A program made the position numbers and the translations under genes. Source: a virus (taxonomy: Duplodnaviria > Caudoviricetes). Taken from it: DNA of 53,289 nucleotides. This document shows positions 1-7,525 of this stretch, in pieces (within the stretch, counting starts at the first letter, position 1; each line of letters starts with the position of its first letter). The notes beneath the pieces were generated by a model. The model was not told the origin of the DNA, did no database searches, and saw only the letters and a list, made by a program, of their open reading frames with translations. The stretch is taken from positions 1-53,289 of the IMG/VR virus record IMGVR_UViG_3300039004_000002; one strand, written 5' to 3'.

Positions 1-328
1 GTCCCCTACCCCTCACCCATATACCTATATATGTTGTAAAAAGAATCTTAATTTAATTAATTTTATAATAGTAGTAGTATTCTTCCCTGTAGCCCTTGCT
101 GTAGCTGGAGAGTCACTTTAATCCGGAAATATTAACAGGTAGAGCTTTATTCGCTGGTTTCAATATAATGGTGTGAAGGGGTGCCGGGTACCCTGGCCTA
201 CCTCACCATATTAAATTTATTGACGCACCTGAAAAGTGAAGATTAATTTCGAAGCCAGATCTTTAATAGCAGATTAATGCAAATAGCAAGAAGCATCGTG
301 AGTTCATGTTTTTATAATAAAGTAATAT

Positions 329-356
329 TTGCTAATTATCAGATGTGTCTTATAAT
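329..356 (+). promoter_or_regulatory. sigma70-type early promoter P1 (TTGCTA-16-TATAAT)
   Basis: Perfect -10 box. 329-376 is a near copy of 991-1039 (TTATCAGATG...TATAATTAC.TTAACAGTTAAGCAAT). Confidence 0.75.
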
Positions 357-393
357 TACATTAACAGTTAAGCAATTACATGAGGACAGCAAA

Positions 394-486
394 ATGGCTA
401 ACATCAGAACTCAATTACAAATCGCTAATGACTCATTCGCCAACGCTATGACCCTGATCGCGATGTTACGTGCAGCGCGAGGCTAA
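394..486 (+). CDS. 30-aa early peptide (MANIRTQLQ...)
   Basis: GAGGAC RBS upstream of ATG 394, directly after P1; the longer ORF call from 277 runs through the promoter. Confidence 0.55.
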   Translation: MANIRTQLQIANDSFANAMTLIAMLRAARG

Positions 487-490
487 GAGA

Positions 491-976
491 ATGAACCAGA
501 AGTTACTTGACAACATCCGATCTATGAACGAAGCTGAGTTGTATGCCGCTATATACAAGGACGCATTAACTGGCGCTAACAATCGACGCGCTTTCGACCA
601 GAAGAACGACTATTCAACTGTGGCTATTGTTGATATGGATTCGCTTAAATATCTGAACGACAAATATGGGCATCGCACAGGTGACCAGTACATGATCAAT
701 CTGGTGGACATACTGCGCACCCATTTCGGGGACGACAATGTCTATCGATTGGGAGGAGATGAGTTTGCGGTGACTTCGTATCTGAGTTGTGAAGCTCTTA
801 CTGTAAAGTTAACCCATATCCAGCGCAAAGTAGAATTCTTCACTTTTGGGACTGGGGTGTACTTGGCTGAAGCGGACGATCAGTTGAACAGGAATAAGGA
901 ACGACGTGAGAAGTGTGGTCAACGTGCATCACGAGGTGAGTGCCCACCTTGGGAAATCAAAAATATTTGCGCCTAG
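491..976 (+). CDS. GGDEF-domain diguanylate cyclase
   Basis: Motifs DALTGANNRRAF, DMDSLKYLNDKYGHRTGD and RLGGDEF; ATG 491 follows the stop of the upstream peptide. Confidence 0.92.
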   Translation: MNQKLLDNIRSMNEAELYAAIYKDALTGANNRRAFDQKNDYSTVAIVDMDSLKYLNDKYGHRTGDQYMINLVDILRTHFGDDNVYRLGGDEFAVTSYLSCEALTVKLTHIQRKVEFFTFGTGVYLAEADDQLNRNKERREKCGQRASRGECPPWEIKNICA

Positions 977-990
977 TTTTGCGAAAGTCG

Positions 991-1019
991 TTGCATTTAT
1001 CAGATGCTTCTATTATAAT
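991..1019 (+). promoter_or_regulatory. sigma70-type early promoter P2 (TTGCAT-17-TATAAT)
   Basis: Consensus -10 with 17-bp spacer; duplicate of P1. Confidence 0.8.
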
Positions 1020-1055
1020 TACTTTAACAGTTAAGCAATCAGCGGAGTAGATCAA

Positions 1056-1208
1056 ATGAAAACAGTTAAATACAAGCGTTTCGGAAAAGAGTTTGAAGGT
1101 GAAGTTGTTTGTACTTTTACTGTCGAAACCACTGGGGAACGCTATTATTCTTTGAAGTGTATTCATTCAGGCAAGTCTTTCTCTGCTCCTGTCAACGAAT
1201 GTTATTAA
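1056..1208 (+). CDS. 50-aa hypothetical protein (MKTVKYKRFGKEFEGEVV...ECY), not in ORF track
   Basis: GGAG RBS, follows P2, fills the gap before the helicase. Confidence 0.7.
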   Translation: MKTVKYKRFGKEFEGEVVCTFTVETTGERYYSLKCIHSGKSFSAPVNECY

Positions 1209-1232
1209 TTCAACTAACTAGGAACCAACACT

Positions 1233-2678
1233 ATGAAATGGTCCAACTATCAGTCCGACATCTTTAACTTCGTCGAAAACCAATTCGGCAATGCCATAAT
1301 CGAGGCAGTCGCTGGCAGCGGCAAGACGACAACTATTGTGGAAGCGATCAATCGAGTTCCATCTCACCAATCAGCAATCTTTCTGGCTTTCAATAAGTCT
1401 ATCGCTGAGGAGTTGAAATCCCGCGGTGTTAACGCCAAGACATTCCATTCCCTGTGCTGCTCTGCTGCAATGCGTGCAGTCAATGCCAACGGTATCAGCG
1501 GAGACAAGCTCAATCGACTTATGCGTGAGAACTTCTCCGAGGATGACAATTTCAAATACTGCACGTTCGTCACCCGTCTTGTTGGCCTGGGCAAGCAAGT
1601 AGGCGTTGGCTGTTTGGTACCTGACACCCAGAACGTCTGGTATGACATCATTGATCATCACGATCTGGAGCTTGATAAGGAAGACACATCTATTACACGC
1701 GCCATTGAGATTGCCGCTGAGTTGCTTACCCTTAGCAATAGCAGCAACATGATTGACTTCGACGACATGCTGTATCTGCCAGTTCTGTTTGGGTTAAGCC
1801 TACCGAAGTTTTATTTTATCTTTGTGGATGAGGCACAGGATACCAACGCTATTCAACGCGCAATCCTTCGGAAGATAATGGGCCCGAAATCCCGTCTGGT
1901 AGCTGTGGGCGATCCCGCACAAGCGATCTATGGTTTCCGTGGGGCGGACAGCAATTCCCTGAACCGCATTCAGAAGGAATTCAATTGTAAGCGTTTCCCA
2001 TTGTCAGTCAGCTATCGCTGCTCCACCAACATTGTGGAACATGCCCGCAACTGGGTTGACCATATACAGCCAGCTGACGGGGCGCCTGCAGGCGAGGTAC
2101 TGCACCTGAACTATGAATGGGAAGTGGATTGCTTTGATCCAGAAGATCTCGTCGTGTGCCGCACTACACGGCCGCTCATCGCATTGGCATTCAAGATGCT
2201 TCGTGCCCGTATCCCTGTCACTGTAATGGGCCGGGAAATTGGAACAGGACTTGTGAAGCTGATCCGCAAATTCAGAACGAATGATATTGACGAGCTGGAG
2301 AAGAAGATTGAGATGTGGGCGCGACGTGAGACCGAGAAAGCTGTGGCCAAGATGGATGAGTCCAAGGCAGCAGCGATCGAGGACAAATCACAATGCTTGA
2401 TGATGCTGTGCGGGGAGATAGGTGAAGAGGGTGGAGATGTTCAATCTCTCATCAACACTATCGAACAACTGTTCACACCTACGCGCAACAGCACAACCCT
2501 GGCAACTATCCATAAAGCGAAAGGCCTGGAAGCAGATACCGTCTATTGGTTGAACTCTTCCCAGTGCCCCAGCAAGTGGGCACGTCAACGATGGCAGAAA
2601 GTTCAGGAAAATAATCTTTGCTATGTAGCAACTACCCGGGCCAAGTCTAAACTGGTCCTCATTGAGATGGGGGACTGA
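1233..2678 (+). CDS. UvrD/Rep-like SF1 DNA helicase
   Basis: AVAGSGKTT (Walker A), VDEAQD, VGDPAQAIYGFRGA, TIHKAKGLE, YVATTRAK. Confidence 0.93.
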   Translation: MKWSNYQSDIFNFVENQFGNAIIEAVAGSGKTTTIVEAINRVPSHQSAIFLAFNKSIAEELKSRGVNAKTFHSLCCSAAMRAVNANGISGDKLNRLMRENFSEDDNFKYCTFVTRLVGLGKQVGVGCLVPDTQNVWYDIIDHHDLELDKEDTSITRAIEIAAELLTLSNSSNMIDFDDMLYLPVLFGLSLPKFYFIFVDEAQDTNAIQRAILRKIMGPKSRLVAVGDPAQAIYGFRGADSNSLNRIQKEFNCKRFPLSVSYRCSTNIVEHARNWVDHIQPADGAPAGEVLHLNYEWEVDCFDPEDLVVCRTTRPLIALAFKMLRARIPVTVMGREIGTGLVKLIRKFRTNDIDELEKKIEMWARRETEKAVAKMDESKAAAIEDKSQCLMMLCGEIGEEGGDVQSLINTIEQLFTPTRNSTTLATIHKAKGLEADTVYWLNSSQCPSKWARQRWQKVQENNLCYVATTRAKSKLVLIEMGD

Positions 2679-2679
2679 T

Positions 2680-2877
2680 ATGGCGCTAGGGGATAGCAAC
2701 TACCAAAGGCTCAAGGATGAGCTGGAGGCGCTGAAATGCACGAAGTGTCATGGATCAGGTAAAGTTGATGACGCTGAACCTGGAGATATATCATTCAACG
2801 AGTATACGTGCCCTCGATGTGGCGGTACTGGACTCAAAGATGGGGTTGAGGCAAAGCTCCGGGAGTGTTACGAATGA
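2680..2877 (+). CDS. small zinc-finger protein with two DnaJ-type CxxCxGxG motifs
   Basis: CTKCHGSG and CPRCGGTG. Confidence 0.75.
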   Translation: MALGDSNYQRLKDELEALKCTKCHGSGKVDDAEPGDISFNEYTCPRCGGTGLKDGVEAKLRECYE

Positions 2878-3239
2878 GATCGCTCACTTACTGCTGGGCC
2901 CAGGACCAGTGCTTACAGAACGCAGAGATAGCAGAAAAGGGAGCTATCATACTTTTATTGATGATAGCGTCTATTGCTGTGCTAGTATGTGCCGCAATTA
3001 TCTTGCATCAGGCGTATAAGTTCTTTATAGTGCTTGCTGACGCCGTTGGGGCGCACATTCTGCATCTCTGGAGAGGACAAATGTATCTGAAACTGGCCTG
3101 GATCATCATTGGTCTGATCGCCATGTACCTGTTAGGGCATTACTGGAACAAAGGACTCGTTCCTTTCGTATTCTTCTGGTGTGTTGTGTATTCTTACATG
3201 ATACGCCCAAAAGGTAAGAAGCGTGAAGACCAACGGTGA
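2874..3239 (+). CDS. membrane protein (a second start at 3081 with a strong RBS is possible)
   Basis: Several hydrophobic segments; ATGA overlap with the upstream gene; GAGAGGA before ATG 3081. Confidence 0.6.
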   Translation: MRSLTYCWAQDQCLQNAEIAEKGAIILLLMIASIAVLVCAAIILHQAYKFFIVLADAVGAHILHLWRGQMYLKLAWIIIGLIAMYLLGHYWNKGLVPFVFFWCVVYSYMIRPKGKKREDQR

Positions 3240-3564
3240 GCGTGAAGAGTGGGACACACCCTGTCGAGGGGTGTGTTCTACGACTAACGTAGGCGATTCA
3301 ATATGCAGAGGATGCGGGCGCACTGCGGAAGAAGTTATCAACTGGAACTCGTACACCCGTGATCAGAAGGTCGCGGTCAATCGGAGGCTCAAAATTCAAA
3401 AATCAATCTGGCCCATAAAGGAGAATCCAGACTGGCCAAAAATCGAGCCTGAGTATCTAGAGCAGTTACAGGCGGTGCCGAATGAAGAACGTCGTAAATT
3501 TCTTGAAGGTGATTGGAATGGACCGGATAATCAATTGGGAGGGGACGTACATTCCACCGAGTGA
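3223..3564 (+). CDS. DUF1289-like Cys-rich protein with C-terminal terminase-like peptide
   Basis: PCRGVC...CRGCGRT.EE..NW is typical of DUF1289; the C-terminus KENP..PEY...RR..LEGDW matches a TerL segment. Confidence 0.8.
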   Translation: MKTNGEREEWDTPCRGVCSTTNVGDSICRGCGRTAEEVINWNSYTRDQKVAVNRRLKIQKSIWPIKENPDWPKIEPEYLEQLQAVPNEERRKFLEGDWNGPDNQLGGDVHSTE

Positions 3565-3754
3565 CAAAGAGGACGTCATTCGTGCGGAGTTTGCGCTCAA
3601 AGGTTGGAAACGGGATTCCCTTGGACGTATGAACAAGGGTAATCTCCAGATCGTGTTTATATTCGATAAGGTGTGCCTTAAGAAGTACGAGGATGGGCAG
3701 TGGCGAACTGTGCAGAAAGCATCTATTGACCGTTTATATGAGAAGCTGAAATGA
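3518..3754 (+). CDS. hypothetical protein
   Basis: ORF in the early operon, ATGA-coupled to the next gene. Confidence 0.6.
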   Translation: MDRIINWEGTYIPPSDKEDVIRAEFALKGWKRDSLGRMNKGNLQIVFIFDKVCLKKYEDGQWRTVQKASIDRLYEKLK

Positions 3755-3999
3755 AATACCTTATTCTGGCATGTGCTGTGCTTGTAGGCTGCGAGGCCAA
3801 AGACGTGCGCGGCAAATACCACTATCCATATAAAGGGACTCACATTGTATGCAGGGACGGGGAGACTTGGCAGATGGGCGCTGTGCGCTATAAGCTCAAA
3901 GGACCTGTACCCTGCACTATAACGGACCCAGCAACAGGAAAGACAGAGTTCAAAGGTGTTGAACCTGATATTGTCGTCTTTATACAGGAATCGAAATAA
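3751..3999 (+). CDS. putative lipoprotein
   Basis: Signal peptide with lipobox: MKYLILACAVLVG-C. Confidence 0.7.
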   Translation: MKYLILACAVLVGCEAKDVRGKYHYPYKGTHIVCRDGETWQMGAVRYKLKGPVPCTITDPATGKTEFKGVEPDIVVFIQESK

Positions 4000-4526
4000 T
4001 GCTTGACTTCATGATTATTGGATTACCAAGATCCGGAACTACCTGGGCAGCCAACTGGTTGACTACTAAGGACACCTTCTGTCTTCATGACCCTTTGTAC
4101 AAACTGCACTATTCGGAATGGGACACAGACCGGAAGCACTTTCCGCATCCGATGGATTATCGTTTAATTGGCGCAAGCTGCACAGCCATATGGCGGTTCC
4201 CGGACTATGTGAACGCGCACCCTGCGAACAAGATTGTGGTCATGCGGGACTTCCAGGAGATTCAGGATAGCTTAGATCAACTTGGTTTGCCTCAGCTTAA
4301 TGACGACGCACCTTTCCAGTTAGAGGACATTGAAGCGCCTCGGGTGCAGTATACAGACTTATTCGATCCCGAGCGTGCGCCCCTTATATGGGAGAAGCTA
4401 GTCGGCCCTGGGTATTGTCCGCATAGACATAAGGCGTTGAGTGAAATTCATATCGAACCCCATTTCGAACGTATTGAACCTGACTTCGAGGTGACGAAAA
4501 GGCTTTACGAAGAACTTAACGGATAG
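3999..4526 (+). CDS. sulfotransferase-like P-loop protein
   Basis: N-terminal FMIIGLPRSGTTW (PAPS 5'-PSB-like loop), LHDP, IVVMRD. Confidence 0.7.
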   Translation: MLDFMIIGLPRSGTTWAANWLTTKDTFCLHDPLYKLHYSEWDTDRKHFPHPMDYRLIGASCTAIWRFPDYVNAHPANKIVVMRDFQEIQDSLDQLGLPQLNDDAPFQLEDIEAPRVQYTDLFDPERAPLIWEKLVGPGYCPHRHKALSEIHIEPHFERIEPDFEVTKRLYEELNG

Positions 4527-4534
4527 TTTAATTC

Positions 4535-4563
4535 TTGCAACATCTGAAGACTTGTGTAATACT
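4535..4563 (+). promoter_or_regulatory. putative promoter (TTGCAA-16/17-TAATAC(T))
   Basis: Intergenic; CATCTGA (reverse complement of the TCAGATG motif in P1/P2) lies in the spacer. Confidence 0.55.
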
Positions 4564-4595
4564 TAAATGGAATTCATCACTGCGAGGTAATAAAG

Positions 4596-4829
4596 ATGAA
4601 TACAGAGTTGACAAGCCAACAGAAAGGCAGACTGACAGAACTATCGGATGCGAGCCGGGATCTGATGCAGATTATTCAGCTAGTGTATATCGAAGATGGG
4701 CACCAGAAGGATCTTGAGAAAGCGTTAGGCGACCTTTATGCAGTAGCAGGGCACATGGCGGTTGAACAGGATATTTCATGGACTGGGTTGTGTGAATGTG
4801 CCCAGAAGCATTATGAGGAGGCAGAGTGA
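4596..4829 (+). CDS. hypothetical protein (weak MazG-like helix, LEKALGDL)
   Basis: GAGG RBS; ORF track. Confidence 0.65.
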   Translation: MNTELTSQQKGRLTELSDASRDLMQIIQLVYIEDGHQKDLEKALGDLYAVAGHMAVEQDISWTGLCECAQKHYEEAE

Positions 4830-5248
4830 TTCTAGTGAAGGTACGGGCCGACGGAGTCGACTCGTACTACCTTGTGAATCAGATAACTCAAGTATATCAG
4901 AAAATAGCGAAAGAAGGCTTATCCCCTGAGAGTGTAGAAACCCTCACTGATAATGTGATAGTTGATCTGCACCCAGAACGAGAAACTCCTGAAACCTTCC
5001 TTACTAAATGCTGTCTTGAGTTTGAGATCACTCTTGCTGACTTGCGCGGGCCCGACAGGAAGAAGCGTATTGTCTCTATCCGAAAGGTGGTGTCTTATCA
5101 GCTTCGTAAGAAGTTCGATTTATCCCTTCCGGATATTGGCGACATGTTACATCGTGACCACACTAGCATCATCTACAACCTGGAGTCCGTCGAGAAGCAG
5201 CTTAAAGACGGTGGACCATTAATAAACCTACTTGAGAGGATTCAATAA
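4826..5248 (+). CDS. DnaA C-terminal (domain IV) HTH-containing protein
   Basis: ADLRGPDRKKRIVSIRKVVSYQLRKKFDLSLPDIGDMLHRDHTSII matches the Bac_DnaA_C pattern. Confidence 0.85.
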   Translation: MILVKVRADGVDSYYLVNQITQVYQKIAKEGLSPESVETLTDNVIVDLHPERETPETFLTKCCLEFEITLADLRGPDRKKRIVSIRKVVSYQLRKKFDLSLPDIGDMLHRDHTSIIYNLESVEKQLKDGGPLINLLERIQ

Positions 5249-5682
5249 TGAACAGACGTAATTTCATCAAGAATGTGCTTTATGGGATGGCAGCAATTAG
5301 CGCCTTTCCTACTAAGGCAGCAGAACTCTATCCCGAAGCATTCACTATTGATCCGGTACCTGCTGATCCTACCTATACAGGGCACACAAACCCGGCACGC
5401 TGTATGCTTGATCTTCTTCGGACTGTGTATGACCCCGAAGACATAGATTATGAATCTTTCGAGGATGTTGCACAGCAATTAGAAGGAACTATTCCACCTG
5501 AAGTAATAGCGGACGGATTCATTATAGGTGAAGGACATCTTACTTTTGACGAGGGCGCAAACCGCCTCTGCGATATAGGTGACTTCTTTGTTTATGTTGA
5601 CGGTGAAAACGATCACTTAGTGAAGGCTAAGAAGGTGGATAAATATGACACAGACGCAATACTGCACCCTCTGCGGTCGTGA
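5248..5682 (+). CDS. Tat-signal protein carrying a stand-alone tail-tip (gpJ-like) hub domain
   Basis: MNRRNFIK...AxA signal; NPARCMLDLL..DIDYESF..VYVD..DKYDTD aligns with this genome's tail-tip protein. Confidence 0.75.
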   Translation: MNRRNFIKNVLYGMAAISAFPTKAAELYPEAFTIDPVPADPTYTGHTNPARCMLDLLRTVYDPEDIDYESFEDVAQQLEGTIPPEVIADGFIIGEGHLTFDEGANRLCDIGDFFVYVDGENDHLVKAKKVDKYDTDAILHPLRS

Positions 5683-5707
5683 AGGGCATTATCCAAAAGA
5701 TTGCCCC

Positions 5708-5737
5708 TTGCGCCCGCCAACAGAAGCATCTTATAAT
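5708..5737 (+). promoter_or_regulatory. putative promoter (TTGCGC-18-TATAAT)
   Basis: Perfect -10; AGAAGCATCT in the spacer is the reverse complement of AGATGCTTCT in P2. Confidence 0.6.
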
Positions 5738-5768
5738 GAGCTTTCTGAACATAACAAAGGAAACAAAA

Positions 5769-5957
5769 GTGAAGACTAAGATCAAGAAGATTAAGTCCTC
5801 GTCAGATTTCACAGAGCGCCTGAATGGTGTAGGAACTTTCCGTATTACTGGTCCCAGTGCTAAGGATGGAAAGCGAATTACCATTAACTTCAACGGAACA
5901 CGCGCCCAAGCAGAAAAGGTCGCAGCCAGCCCATTGGTATTGGAGCACGGGGTATGA
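5769..5957 (+). CDS. small basic protein, integrase-Arm/AP2-like beta-sheet DNA-binding pattern
   Basis: AAGGA RBS with GTG start; DGKRITINFNGTRAQAEK. Confidence 0.55.
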   Translation: MKTKIKKIKSSSDFTERLNGVGTFRITGPSAKDGKRITINFNGTRAQAEKVAASPLVLEHGV

Positions 5958-6466
5958 GTAAGATTCATGACAAGATGCGAAAGCTCTTAGCACTTGCCGA
6001 GCGCGGTGAAGGCGGGGAGAAAGATAACGCCCAGCGGATGCTGGAAAAGATGATGGAGAAATATGGTATCTCCTTAGACGACCTTGGGGTCGAGACAACA
6101 TCCATTCACTATTGGAACTATGACAGTATGCACGAACGGACTATATTGTTTCAGACGTTCGGCAAGGTGTGCAACACATCAGAAATCACCTACTATAAGG
6201 GTGATCGGAAATGCGGATTCGAGCTTACGCCTTCCCAGTATATCGAGATGGATCTGCATTATAGCATCCTTCGCAAGGACCTGAAGAAACATATTGAACG
6301 CGCTGTGCGTGCTTTCATACACGCCAATGAACTGTTTTCAAACCATCCTTCCGAGAAGCAGAAGGAATACACTCAGGAAGAGCTTGAAGAAATAGAAGCG
6401 ATGTTGCGTATGGCTCGCAGTATTGCACCCTCACAAGTTAACCGGCAACTGGAGTACAAGGCATGA
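5954..6466 (+). CDS. DUF2786-domain protein
   Basis: KIHDKMRKLLALAERG.GGEKDNA..MLEKMMEKYGI. Confidence 0.8.
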   Translation: MSKIHDKMRKLLALAERGEGGEKDNAQRMLEKMMEKYGISLDDLGVETTSIHYWNYDSMHERTILFQTFGKVCNTSEITYYKGDRKCGFELTPSQYIEMDLHYSILRKDLKKHIERAVRAFIHANELFSNHPSEKQKEYTQEELEEIEAMLRMARSIAPSQVNRQLEYKA

Positions 6467-6717
6467 CAGATGAATTTCTTGTCACCATTGCAGATGCAGT
6501 TCTCAAGCACGTTGACGAAGTGGAACGTAATGGGCGCACGTCTCATCCTATTGTTGTCTTCAATTATGAGGGTAGGCAGAGGGCACATGCTGACCGCAAA
6601 TTTTATGAGTTCTTTGAGCCTCGTATAACGGAAGTAGAGGATCTGTCTTTTATGGGGTATCCGACGAAAGTGGATACAGAACAGACCGCACTATTTACAG
6701 TGAGAGAAACCGAATGA
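6463..6717 (+). CDS. hypothetical protein, possible HK97 capsid A-domain-like
   Basis: ATGA coupling on both sides; SFMGYPTKVD motif. Confidence 0.7.
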   Translation: MTDEFLVTIADAVLKHVDEVERNGRTSHPIVVFNYEGRQRAHADRKFYEFFEPRITEVEDLSFMGYPTKVDTEQTALFTVRETE

Positions 6718-7124
6718 AGATAGCTTTTGCATACCCACCTAATTTCCGGAAGATTGTAAAAGTCTTCCCAGCCGCAAGGGGTCATGGTGTCATTTACACA
6801 TACGGTGACACCATATTCAACCCTGGGCGCGTAGACATTCCACCTTCATTGCTTGCACATGAGGAAGTCCATTCCAAGCGACAGGGCACAAACCCGGATA
6901 TCATTGAGGAATGGTGGAATCGGTATCTTGTTGACAAGCAATTTCGCTTCGATGAGGAATTGCTTGCACATCAGGAGGAGTTTCGTTGGTATATTAACTC
7001 CAGCCTCAAAGAGAAGCGCGTCGCGCTCAACTACATTGCCCGCAGGCTGTCCTCCCCGCTATATGGGAAGCTGACAGATATCAAGCAGGCTAAAGCCATC
7101 CTTGAAAAGGTACACAAATCATGA
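6714..7124 (+). CDS. HEXXH zincin-like metallopeptidase
   Basis: LLAHEEVHSKRQ followed by FDEELLAH (third-ligand Glu region). Confidence 0.7.
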   Translation: MKIAFAYPPNFRKIVKVFPAARGHGVIYTYGDTIFNPGRVDIPPSLLAHEEVHSKRQGTNPDIIEEWWNRYLVDKQFRFDEELLAHQEEFRWYINSSLKEKRVALNYIARRLSSPLYGKLTDIKQAKAILEKVHKS

Positions 7125-7522
7125 CAGATCAAATCAACGAACATTTATTCAATTTTAAGCTGCCCATGTTTCCGAACCAGTCGATCAGCGAGAATGGTAT
7201 GCAGTGCGTGCTCGAGATGGATGGTATGCAGATGAAAGGTGTCACAGGTGGGCACCTTAGATTCGGCGCCAATGGATTCACCAATGTGGTCATTGAGTAT
7301 GAGGCAAGCTGTGCAGCAGAGTTCGCAGGGCACCTGGTAGCGCACATGACCGGATTCACGCATGAGGAGCAGCAGCTTCAGCTCGCTGAGATCTTTCGTG
7401 ATGTGAATAATGAGATCATGGCCGAGCTTGAATCGGAGGGTGCAAACTTGATGGACGAATATATGGCCCAAGCCGATTTCGTGCGCCGCATCATCGAATT
7501 GACAATTGAGAGAATTAAGTAA
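7121..7522 (+). CDS. hypothetical protein
   Basis: ATGA-coupled ORF. Confidence 0.75.
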   Translation: MTDQINEHLFNFKLPMFPNQSISENGMQCVLEMDGMQMKGVTGGHLRFGANGFTNVVIEYEASCAAEFAGHLVAHMTGFTHEEQQLQLAEIFRDVNNEIMAELESEGANLMDEYMAQADFVRRIIELTIERIK

Positions 7523-7525
7523 CTG

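Noticed and set aside
3518-3550. MDRIINWEGTY resembling the endolysin start ([10 protein letters not shown]) as another decoy
   Set aside because: Only ~10 residues and the rest does not align; it also overlaps the upstream gene, so chance is likely
5769-5957. Arm-like DNA-binding peptide as sign of an integrase/lysogeny module
   Set aside because: No catalytic recombinase domain, repressor or att site seen; part of the genome beyond the right edge is missing, so lysogeny is not fully excluded
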